From Styela clava (taxonomy: Eukaryota), in assembly GCF_964204865.1 (NCBI RefSeq), contig NC_135259.1, positions 13,020,001 through 13,084,000 on the forward strand: DNA of 64,000 nucleotides. Direction: 5' to 3'. The notes below the pieces were generated by a model. That model made no database searches. It had not been told where the DNA came from and worked only from the letters and a program-made list of their open reading frames with translations. Position 1 is the stretch's first letter. Each line of letters opens with the position of its first letter. This document shows positions 27,401 to 39,126 of the stretch, one piece after another. A program made the position numbers and the translations under genes.

Positions 27401-27856
27401 GATTCGCTCTGGTCTAACGTGTCCATATATTTGTGCGTAGCTCTCTTGTTTATTTGACTATGGTGGAAGTTATCATGAGGGTATGATTCTACTTGACGAG
27501 ATAGGACTACCTATGTATGCAATTACAGGCTTGTTGTTTGATTGATAGTTATATATGCCATTTATTTGTTTTCAAATTCATCAGCAAATTAATATGAAAA
27601 ATGATGGAAGTTGCGATTTCAATACGTTGTAATTGACATTTTTATGAAAATTGATAATTTGCTATTGAAAATACATCTATAATAAGTATTACATCCTAGT
27701 CTTTTTCCTCACCTCAGCTCCTTCTCCATCTTGATTTGAGAGGTCAATTATACTCCATTTTTCCTCAGGGCTGTTGAGAAGAACTCTCACAAAGTTGTAA
27801 ATCAAAAGTAATCCAACTACAACCAGAAGAATAGTCGTCCCTCGAAATCTCATCAT
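24403..27856 (-). CDS. Heparan sulfate glucosamine 3-O-sulfotransferase-like Golgi sulfotransferase; exons 27856-27713, 26857-26765, 25995-25853, 25607-25403, 24933-24403
   Basis: Type II TM anchor (TTILLVVVGLLLIYNFV); KRLPK|VLGIGVKKCGTTAL (5'-PSB loop); PELHFFD; MEKSPRYF; DPIKRAYSDF; GIYSVYLKNWLKYFPLEQIHIINGEDL; FDKAKGYHC...CLADTKG; FNW C-terminus. Exon phases are compatible. Confidence 0.92.
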
Positions 27857-28923
27857 GCATTTTAATGAAAACAAAAACCGTTCATATTACACATACAAAC
27901 AGTATATACGGAACAATTGTATGTACCGATAATGCATGTTTTGCCCCAGGCATAAAAACGACAGCATATTTAAAAGAGCTTTCACATTGTTCAGTCAACC
28001 GTGACTACTTTTTAAATACAATAGATTTTCATATCAAAGCTGAATAATTCAGAATTATTTTATTATTGCTTTATTGAAAAGTGGTCATCACGTTATAATA
28101 ATTTTTATGAAATATATAACCCTATTAAACTGCATCTGTCGGGTCTTATTTAATCCAAGTCCGATTCAATCAATGACTTACAGGAATAAAATGGGATTTT
28201 AATTGAATCTACATTCAGAATCGTATATTCAACACATGGAACAGCATATTTCAAATATCTGATTGCCGACGAGATACGTATTGTCAAAAAATCGTAGATG
28301 CATTTTTGCGTGAGTCACATTGCGCCAAATATAATGTCATAGATAATATATTTAAACTCAGAAGAATCTTATTCAAAGACCCAAATTAGGACGGAATAGA
28401 AGTACTGTCGATGTTACTCTTGCTTAAACGTAGATGTTACATTTTCCAGGATGTTTGAAGTGCTTAAAAATTGTTTATTCCTTGCTTTCCGCTCCCCTAT
28501 TCCATATACTAAAATCTTTAATATACAAGTAAATATATATGAAATATTTTAAAGCAAAACAGTATTTTATAAGTATATTATTACCTTATACAAAATGATT
28601 AATTTTACGCATTGTCGCAACCTAACCCTTGTGTAATGCCCAATAGAAAATCAGTTAAAAATTTTAAATATCAATACAATTACAATTTTGATATAATATA
28701 TATATTTGCAAAGTCAAAATGAATACTGAGAGTCAGAGCACGTAGGTGAGTTCGCGTTCGTTTTCCTCAACGCTCATTCATGACCGAAATTCACTCAGTC
28801 GAGAAATGTCTTTGTCGTTTCGGTGTTGTGTCCTCTTGGTTTCCATTCTCGGTCCAACACCTTTATTCCTTCAAATTAGGCTGTCGCGCACTTGCGTATT
28901 GTGTAAGAAACAGACTTTGCTGG

Positions 28924-31365
28924 TCAAATCCGACGGCGTTCGCTGCGACGACGGCTATTGCGTCGTGGAACGCCTACATCTCTCCGAGTTTGCGTGAATT
29001 TCCCAATGAATTTCATTCGATGGTTGAACGTCAATTGGACATCAATATTTTTGCTCGTGCTCACCTCATCGTCATCCTGTCAGATTAAAGATATATATTT
29101 TGAAAATATTAACAAGAATTTTGGGAAATCTTGTAATCAGTAATTCATGATTTCGCAAACGCAAACACTGTTGATCAAATATATATGTTTCCATAATTCC
29201 GATGAAGTTGGAATTTGCATTAACAATGTCGTCAGCAACCCGTGTGCTGTGGAATCGAGATATAGTTTTACGCAAGAGTTATTTTAATTTACCTTTTTTC
29301 TGTGTTGACACTTTCTCCCCCTGCAACCGTAGCAAAAATATCTTATAAAAATATTTTTACATTTGTTTGATTCGATTTCATGTCCGTTTTCCGTTTTTTC
29401 TCATCAACCTTTGAATCCATCTGAAAATAGTAATAAACATTAAATTTTATATTCTACAAAAAACGCATATGTAAGTGACACAAGTCACTTACGAAAATTT
29501 CAGTTTATTTCAAAAGTTATTGGTTACCTTATCCCACCAGTCCAACGACAGTCTTTGTTCTGCATACTTGGCAAAAGGAATTTCGATTTCCAGAGGTGGT
29601 GTCTCCTTTGAAAAGTGAAATAATTAGTCTGCTTTATCAAATGTTCATTGATTTAAAATATTAAATATGAATGCTAAAATGCTTGATTAGAATTAAAAAT
29701 ACAGAATCGAATCTTCGTGCAACACAGTGGAGAGATTAAAAAATTGTGTACAATCAGATAAAACATCTGGTGAATTTGATTATTTTGACTAAATGCTAAA
29801 ATGCGAAAAATATACTGACGTCATCTAAGGAGATGCCATCTTGTCCAAAAAGGTTGGGATGTCGTCCCGGTGACCCGAAATCAGGTATGAATACTCCATC
29901 CTTGTCAATAATGCCTTTGTAAACAGAAGGTCCAGGAACATTCGGACCTTTCAATGCCAAAAGAAGACCAACATCTATCTCGTATGGTAAGAAGCAAAGA
30001 AAAATCTGAATAAAAAGTAGTAAGAAGCTTATATGGTGAGAATTATGGATATTGAGAACACAATTAATAAATAACTACAAATAGTGTTATATAGTTTAAA
30101 TGCAAAAACTACACTAACGTCATCGAGGGAGATGCCATCTTTTCCAACAGATTTTGAATGTCGTCTCGGTGACCCGAAATCAGAAATGGATACTTCGTCC
30201 TTGTCGATAATGACACTGCGGGCAGAAGGTCCAGGAACATTTGGACCGTTCAATGTCGAAAGAAAGTCGTCATCTAGCTCGTCCGATGAGCAGCAAAGAA
30301 AAATCTGAATGAAATGTAGTAATGTAATATTGGTATTGCAACTATTGTATAATCATCTCACCAATATCTATATCATCTTACCTTTCGTAGTAGTCTTCCA
30401 CACCGATGTGAAAAATGTTTTGTCTTCGACTTGGCCTGAAGAAGTAGTGAAGCAATCTGTACAATTTAGAAAGCATGTATATATAGTTTATATGCCTTGT
30501 GGTCATATTCATATTACACACACGGGGAAAACTAGAGAAAAATGATTATTAGGTCGTTCCATCAATAACTAAATTATGTTGTAAGGAATTCAATTTGGCA
30601 TTCGGGTTCCTTTTAAGATCTGATTAAAAGTATTTACTCAATTGGTTCCTGCACGAACCGGGCACCATAAACAGGGTGTCCAGAAAGTTGCGGCCGATTT
30701 CATAACATTACCAATTGCAAATTTGAATAAATTTTGTTGTATGATAAATGGGGACTACAGAATTCAACATCTATAACATCCAATTAGAAACAGGTTGACT
30801 ATAGATCTTTTTTGAAATTAAAAAAAAGAACATTTGATAATAAAGTTTTTATGATAGGGCGAAACTTTTTGGACACCCTGTTTATATATTGATAAATATA
30901 GTAGTTCGTATTGCGCGATAATGAATCGTTACCGGTGGATGAAAACTATTATACATACGTACAATAACATTAAAAGTCTATAACGAGAAACGAGATCACC
31001 AAAGCAGAATATATACCACCGAAATCTTTTTTTTTGACGACGCTAATTTGAAGGAGGCATTAGGAGACAAAGTGGTAATTGTCGAAGTGTAAATAACAAT
31101 GAAATTTAATGGTATCGGGCATTGGTAATAAACGCACTGATAGTTGCAACCAACCATAATACTTTATCACAACGTTTAAAAACTTTTGCCTAAAAACAAT
31201 GCTTGGAGTAATATAATTAATTCTAACCTTCCGATTTTCACGAGCGCGGACTTTGCTGAAAAACTTCGCAATCTTTTTCAATGAGCCATTTTCTCGACGG
31301 CGACTCTCCTGCTTCTCCTGGAGGCAGGCTCTCATCTTGTTTTTATTGTTGTTTTCCATATTCAT
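28924..31365 (-). CDS. Orphan multi-exon gene, unknown function; probable exons 31365-31228, 30456-30382, 30304-30119, 30005-29820, 29605-29528, 29420-29361, 29076-28924 (3' exons uncertain)
   Basis: A series of phase-0 GT/AG-bounded open exons. Two 186-nt exons are paralogous (GPNVPGPS...IIDKD...DFGSP.RH...DGISLDD). No recognisable domain. Confidence 0.6.
30672..30880. mobile_element. Tc1/mariner-like MITE
   Basis: TIRs cagggtgtcca.aaagtt.cg.cc / gggcgaaactttttggacaccctg. Confidence 0.75.
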
Positions 31366-33555
31366 AAGCAATATAAACCCGAAAGATACAAGTTCCAAAA
31401 TGATTTGGTTGCTTGCGATTCTCAAATAGGAATGATTTTCCTTAAATTGCAATTTTGTCAATTAATTGCGTCTATTGTTTTGTCACAGCTGAGATAATGT
31501 GCTTGTTACGTCATAGATAAATATTCCCGTAGTAACCGAAGTACAGTTCCTTCAGAAACTGGGTTAGGATAGATGTCTTTCATTTTTTTGAATTTATTAT
31601 CGTCAGAGCATTCAGATCGTATATCCTTCATATATGAGTAACAATAGTCTGAAGTAAATGCATTCCACATTCAATCATTTCATAGGGTTGCTCAAATTGA
31701 GATATATATTCCATTACATTTTACTCTACTGCATAGTACCGGTAACCAACTTTCCACTGTATTGTTTGCGATAAATCATTCGGCTTGGGCATGCCAATAC
31801 CCAATTTAAAAAAAAATACTTATTTATGAAGCCATGGATAAATATATCGAGGTTGGTTACCGAGTGAGAAATTACGATAGTGTCATTGTGTAAAATCTTG
31901 CGAGGCTAATACTGATTGTTCGCTGAAGCTTTCAGTTTCATGAAGATCGTGTTTCACATAGATTTCTCAGCTTTAGATTATTCACATAACCGGCAGTCTA
32001 CGCACATCTTTTACATGTATTCGGCACAATGTAATGGTCAAAAAGAGAAGACCCAATCACAAACACTGCGCCCATCAAAGTTTCCTAAAAAAAACTGTTT
32101 TTTTTGGAAAATTTTCAGATTAATCAAAAGGATAACTCGAATATTACAAAAAAGCAAACGGAAGAGAAGAATCGTATTTGTATCACATTCCAGATTCAAC
32201 TTGTGTTTATTGCAAACTTTAAAATTCAATGAGGGGTTTTAACCCCATAGTCGCCAAAGTAAGTTTGAGCTCGGAGGACACATATTTTTGTCTAGGCCAG
32301 TGGTTCTTAAACTTTTAGAGCCGCGCCCCCCTTTAAAAATTTTTAGAAACTCCGCGCCCCCCCTCTTTTTGCTTCGAAAAAATGCTTTTTTGTGATGGAC
32401 AGGTTGTTATATATTAAGATGGCGCTATAGGAGTGTTGGTCTCATAGCGTCATTGCTCAGATTGTTTAGGCATAAAGATAAAACACTTCGGAGTACAACT
32501 TCGCTGTTCACTGTCGTATGTATAAAGCCAAATGAGGGTTGGTCATTATACATTCTAGTTTTTCCGCCTAGTTTGCAATACCTGGCAAAATCAAACTAAT
32601 TATTAGGTAAAACTAAACAAGCAATAAACCTATGCTTTAATGTATTTTCTGTAACGTTTACATAAGACACGTAAATTTTCAATCAATTGTTTACTTCATC
32701 ACTATTGAGCAATGCAAAAATTTTTACTGTGTGTTAAAAATAAGCAACAATTACAGACTTCTTGGCTTGACTAACGTTTCAAACAAAGTGGAAAAGTGCA
32801 AATGAATTTATGTAAATTTAAAAGCAGTTCATTTTTAATAGTCATTATGCATGTGGACGTTTCCCCGGCCCTTGACCGCTGAAAAATAAAGTCGCTAAGG
32901 CGTTTGCGATTGCATTTTGTTTTTTGTTTAAATCTTCATTGTTTACGTCAGCGGGGCGTGTTATTTAAGCCCTAAAAATCTCGATTTTGGTGTTTATTCT
33001 CCCTAAATCCGAAATTTTCCTCGACATATTCTTGTGCCCTGAAGACTATTATAATTAGTTTTTTCGTTTTTGAATGGAACCATGACACCTCTGAGGAAAA
33101 CGAGTTTTTATTATATAATCATCATCAGCGACGAGATGCATTCATTACTGTGGACTTCAAGAGATTCGTTTTTTATGTGTCAGAATAAAAATAGCGACAC
33201 CTGTGACGTGTCCATATATTTGAGCATAGCTCTCTCGTCTTTGTATCAGATTGTATCGTTATTAGCTTGAGTGTTGTAGAAGTACAACAGCCCGAAAGTC
33301 AATTCATTCGCGTTTTTTTCCTTACATATTTCCAGCAGCTTTCCTGTGCTTGATGTAAGCCACGAAACAGTATGATGTGAATAGAATGCAGAAATCAGTG
33401 CTTTGCCCAGTCTAGTTTACTTTTGATACTTTTCACGTGTATTTTATTCATTTATTTTGAATAATATATACATTCAAGCGAGCTTTGAAAATGAACCAAA
33501 ACTGAAATACAAGCAATGTATATGTTTATCTCTCTGCGCAATACATACTGTACAG

Positions 33556-34895
33556 CAGGGATCACCAACGCGTTGCCCGCGGGCACCAAGTCGCGAAGAC
33601 CATATGAGTCGCCCGCAGGTCTGTTCCAAACTAAGCTTAATAACGGCTCTTATAAGTAAGCTACATCAATTGAATTTTGTCCTGCTATATTAGTATAAAT
33701 CACACTTATATTGGAACTAGAAATTATTGTAACCATCAACCTTATTTTTATTTGACCTCAGTAATGTGACGGGTCAATTAACACTCTTCCAATTATGACA
33801 TCACACTGAGATCACTTTCCACGAACCCGCGCATTGTCTTGTCCGTTAGTTAGCGGAGCAGTAATAATACAATTATTGATTCCAAAGAAAAATCCATCAT
33901 TTTCGCGATGAATGGGAGGTGGATATATTTATACCACCACGAAAACAGCCTGCGTGTGTCTCATTAGTGGGGCGATTTTAACGACGGCAAAGCGGAGAGA
34001 TATTTCACATCTTGTCACGTAATCTTCCGCGCTAACTACCCACTGGTCAGCACAGTACGGACAGAAAAAGCTTGCGATTCAAACCATACAGCAATCCTAT
34101 TTTACGAGACCATCGTTTGTTTCAACCTATCCTTTCGAATCAACATTTTTGACATAAACTCAGGATAGGAGGAGATATACATATTTATCCCGGGGAGAAG
34201 ATAGCCGATAGGACGGCTTAATCATATGACAAACCACGGCTTCTCGCCGGTTACCATTCGATGTCGGGTATTGAATTAGTTAGTTATTTGTTTCCATAAG
34301 CCTGCACTTGATGGCGAAGGAAGCCTTAACCGACCAGCGGTTACGTGAACCACCCTACAGCGGCGAGGAGTCCAGCAATCCTTTCGCACATATCTATCCC
34401 CGCATAGGATTCTAACCTGCGAACCTAACGCCTAACACGATGGGCCATAGCGCCGCGACTCGCTCCACCAGGAACAAACATGGAACACGCTTCACTGATG
34501 AAAATCTGCAAGACTTGCTCAGAGTTATAGTGTCAAGTTACACGTCGGAGTATAATACTCAGCAACATTTGATTGTACAACTGTTAAGTCAATTTTATCT
34601 TAGACATGTGCAGAGTGTTGAAAATCAGTTTGAAAACACTCAGTTTTGAAATACAAGTGTTATTGATAGAAATTTATTTGCAACGTTGTGATAATCGTTT
34701 GATTTCCTGAAGAATCCTAAAGTTTATTAATGTCTATACTTCACTAAATACCAGTAATTATATCAATAATTGAAGCTTAATCGAGCAACTGATTTTTTTA
34801 GATGTACATTTTTTAGTGTACATTGAACTGGTAGCCCGTAGCTTAATCTGTACCCAAAAAGTAGCTCTCGGCTTCGAAAAGGTTGGGGACCCCTG
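33556..34895 (+). mobile_element. Internally deleted hAT (Charlie/Buster/SPIN-like) transposon with nested SINE; right part re-copied at 36913-37918
   Basis: TIRs cagggatcaccaac / gttggggacccctg and a perfect 8-bp TSD ctgtacag. Transposase relics: HFRDEWEVDIF, CVCLIS, and TRFTDENLQDLLRVIVSSY (C-terminal dimerisation-domain end). Confidence 0.88.
34160..34460 (-). mobile_element. Probable tRNA-derived SINE nested in the hAT element (duplicate at 37183-37483)
   Basis: The reverse strand begins cggcgctatggcccatcgtgttaggcgtt...gcaggttagaatcct (A-box/B-box-like). It is a GC-richer block interrupting transposase relics. Confidence 0.55.
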
Positions 34896-36103
34896 CTGTA
34901 CAGCGTACACACATTTCAAATTATCATCAGCAAAAAAATATATATGTTTTGTTTTAATCCGTTCTTTACATCTCACAATTCAGATAGAATTGTTGTGATA
35001 AAGTCTGCATATTCTGCAAGAAGCACGCGCTTCTCTCCATTATGTTTCCGTTTCTGACTGAAACCGAAATCTCATTTTCATTGATTGATCTTACTTGCCC
35101 TGGGCTGCTACATAAATTCTGAGATAAATTATAATGCGACGGGTTGTTTTTGCCTTTGAGACAGACTTTGATGTGCTGTAAAACATGTACAGTTTTTCGA
35201 ATATACTTTTCAAAAAGACCAAGGGACTGATATTGAGTAATTTGTATGGCAAAAAATCAGATATTATAGTTGGAGCGCGTTATAGAACGAGGTTGTAGAA
35301 AATCGGAAATTGGATAAGATTCCAAAAATTATTTAACATATGTTTTCACCTTATCCAATATTAAGCGATGTGCAAACGCTTATTACCACCTTTGAATGTT
35401 TGAGGGTTCAATCAAATTTCATTCAACGATATCGTTACCTCACAAATTACGTCCCATGGTTGATTCATAAACCACGGACATTACATTTCATTTCATATTC
35501 CAAGGTAGCTTTTCACAAAAGTTAGTAGTAATGTATTGTTTATTCATCCACAAGTCTTATAAAAGGCAATATAACAAGGGACTAAACATCATTTGAAGTT
35601 AACGTTTGGTCTATGTTTATGGTATACTACTTGATTTTAGACAGGCTAAAATTGTTATGTCTGAGGTTTGTTTAACAATGTAATTGCAGCAGGCTGTAGT
35701 TCAAAGACGAAGCAGCGTTGGATAATCGATGAAAGGAAATAAGTATCCGGAATGTGATAACTGTAGTACTTCGACTTGATGTTTTGTTTTTCAGTCGTGC
35801 ATAAGATTTTGATTTTCAGTCTTGCATACAACTATTTTGCGATGTTATATATATAAAGATATTCAGTTACATTTCGTGTAAGACGCATTTCCCAACTCAA
35901 GCACGATAATAAGGTTAAGATGATATATCACAGATTCACACTCAGAAGATATAGAAAGAGGTTACTTCAACAAGTTAAATTTTTGCTTTAGTTACTCTAG
36001 TATATATATATATTTTCTATGTATGTCAGAAATAGAGGTTAACACGCTAGCAAAATATAATCAATCGATTATAGATTATTAGACATTAAAACTGAATTTA
36101 ATA

Positions 36104-36911
36104 ATGAAACTTGAAGATTATCTGAGTCAGGTGGGATCGTTTGGACTCTATCACAAACGTATCTATGCAATAACATTCATTGCTGCTATACCAAACATCT
36201 TTTTCACTCTTCATTTTCTATTCGCAAATTTTCAACCGGATTTTCGTTGTGATTCTTCTCATCATTTGAATGGATTATTTCCAAACGTAAGCGATTTTAT
36301 AGTTCAATACTTCATTATCTTACAGATAAGGGGTCTTTCTAATATTATATGAGAAGGAGGTCATTCAATCGGTGCCATATATCCACCGGTGTTTCAAATT
36401 GTTCTATCGCTCAAAAAATTAAAATTTGAATATTTTATTATTTATGGCATTAGATGCTTATAAACTGTTTATCATAGAAATAAAAAAAGGGATTATAAAT
36501 AATAAACTATTCAAAATCTCATATAATTCGATTACTGGAAATGGCCTTGACAACTTCAACTTTCCTGTCCCATATTTCAATCCCACTGCATGTAATGTTT
36601 CTAACTAAAAGAGAATGGAAGCGTTTCTGTGGTTGATCTCGTTTAGTTGAGTCATGCTCTGAGTAGAATTTAGTAAAATAAAACTACATGAAACAATATT
36701 ACTACTTGACTCTTGATTCGTAAAGATAAAACTGCTTTTTAATATTTTGTATTTAGATTACCAGCGAGCACAACTTCGCCATTGTCAATTCCACGGCATA
36801 CCTTGAACAAAACGTTACTGGACTTAATCAGTGCTACACACCGTTACTCGCAACTAGTGATGGAAACAAAACAAATAGTAACGCTTCCACAATATTTGTT
36901 AAATGTCAAAA
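36104..36911 (+). pseudogene. Truncated duplicate of SLC22 gene 1 (exon 1 and most of exon 2)
   Basis: Identical to 39127-39934. It breaks off within exon 2 (...VKCQ) and runs into transposon sequence at 36913. Confidence 0.8.
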
Positions 36912-39126
36912 CAAATCCATCATTTTCGCGATGAATGGGAGGTGGATATATTTATACCACCACGAAAACAGCCTGCGTGTGTCTCATTAGTGGGGCGATT
37001 TTAACGACGGCAAAGCGGAGAGATATTTCACATCTTGTCACGTAATCTTCCGCGCTAACTACCCACTGGTCAGCACAGTACGGACAGAAAAAGCTTGCGA
37101 TTCAAACCATACAGCAATCCTATTTTACGAGACCATCGTTTGTTTCAACCTATCCTTTCGAATCAACATTTTTGACATAAACTCAGGATAGGAGGAGATA
37201 TACATATTTATCCCGGGGAGAAGATAGCCGATAGGACGGCTTAATCATATGACAAACCACGGCTTCTCGCCGGTTACCATTCGATGTCGGGTATTGAATT
37301 AGTTAGTTATTTGTTTCCATAAGCCTGCACTTGATGGCGAAGGAAGCCTTAACCGACCAGCGGTTACGTGAACCACCCTACAGCGGCGAGGAGTCCAGCA
37401 ATCCTTTCGCACATATCTATCCCCGCATAGGATTCTAACCTGCGAACCTAACGCCTAACACGATGGGCCATAGCGCCGCGACTCGCTCCACCAGGAACAA
37501 ACATGGAACACGCTTCACTGATGAAAATCTGCAAGACTTGCTCAGAGTTATAGTGTCAAGTTACACGTCGGAGTATAATACTCAGCAACATTTGATTGTA
37601 CAACTGTTAAGTCAATTTTATCTTAGACATGTGCAGAGTGTTGAAAATCAGTTTGAAAACACTCAGTTTTGAAATACAAGTGTTATTGATAGAAATTTAT
37701 TTGCAACGTTGTGATAATCGTTTGATTTCCTGAAGAATCCTAAAGTTTATTAATGTCTATACTTCACTAAATACCAGTAATTATATCAATAATTGAAGCT
37801 TAATCGAGCAACTGATTTTTTTAGATGTACATTTTTTAGTGTACATTGAACTGGTAGCCCGTAGCTTAATCTGTACCCAAAAAGTAGCTCTCGGCTTCGA
37901 AAAGGTTGGGGACCCCTGCTGTACAGCGTACACACATTTCAAATTATCATCAGCAAAAAAATATATATGTTTTGTTTTAATCCGTTCTTTACATCTCACA
38001 ATTCAGATAGAATTGTTGTGATAAAGTCTGCATATTCTGCAAGAAGCACGCGCTTCTCTCCATTATGTTTCCGTTTCTGACTGAAACCGAAATCTCATTT
38101 TCATTGATTGATCTTACTTGCCCTGGGCTGCTACATAAATTCTGAGATAAATTATAATGCGACGGGTTGTTTTTGCCTTTGAGACAGACTTTGATGTGCT
38201 GTAAAACATGTACAGTTTTTCGAATATACTTTTCAAAAAGACCAAGGGACTGATATTGAGTAATTTGTATGGCAAAAAATCAGATATTATAGTTGGAGCG
38301 CGTTATAGAACGAGGTTGTAGAAAATCGGAAATTGGATAAGATTCCAAAAATTATTTAACATATGTTTTCACCTTATCCAATATTAAGCGATGTGCAAAC
38401 GCTTATTACCACCTTTGAATGTTTGAGGGTTCAATCAAATTTCATTCAACGATATCGTTACCTCACAAATTACGTCCCATGGTTGATTCATAAACCACGG
38501 ACATTACATTTCATTTCATATTCCAAGGTAGCTTTTCACAAAAGTTAGTAGTAATGTATTGTTTATTCATCCACAAGTCTTATAAAAGGCAATATAACAA
38601 GGGACTAAACATCATTTGAAGTTAACGTTTGGTCTATGTTTATGGTATACTACTTGATTTTAGACAGGCTAAAATTGTTATGTCTGAGGTTTGTTTAACA
38701 ATGTAATTGCAGCAGGCTGTAGTTCAAAGACGAAGCAGCGTTGGATAATCGATGAAAGGAAATAAGTATCCGGAATGTGATAACTGTAGTACTTCGACTT
38801 GATGTTTTGTTTTTCAGTCGTGCATAAGATTTTGATTTTCAGTCTTGCATACAACTATTTTGCGATGTTATATATATAAAGATATTCAGTTACATTTCGT
38901 GTAAGACGCATTTCCCAACTCAAGCACGATAATAAGGTTAAGATGATATATCACAGATTCACACTCAGAAGATATAGAAAGAGGTTACTTCAACAAGTTA
39001 AATTTTTGCTTTAGTTACTCTAGTATATATATATATTTTCTATGTATGTCAGAAATAGAGGTTAACACGCTAGCAAAATATAATCAATCGATTATAGATT
39101 ATTAGACATTAAAACTGAATTTAATA

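Noticed and set aside
27361-27510. Possible extra stem-region exon of the HS3ST-like gene
   Set aside because: It overlaps repeat family R and runs to a stop; flanking exons already join in phase.
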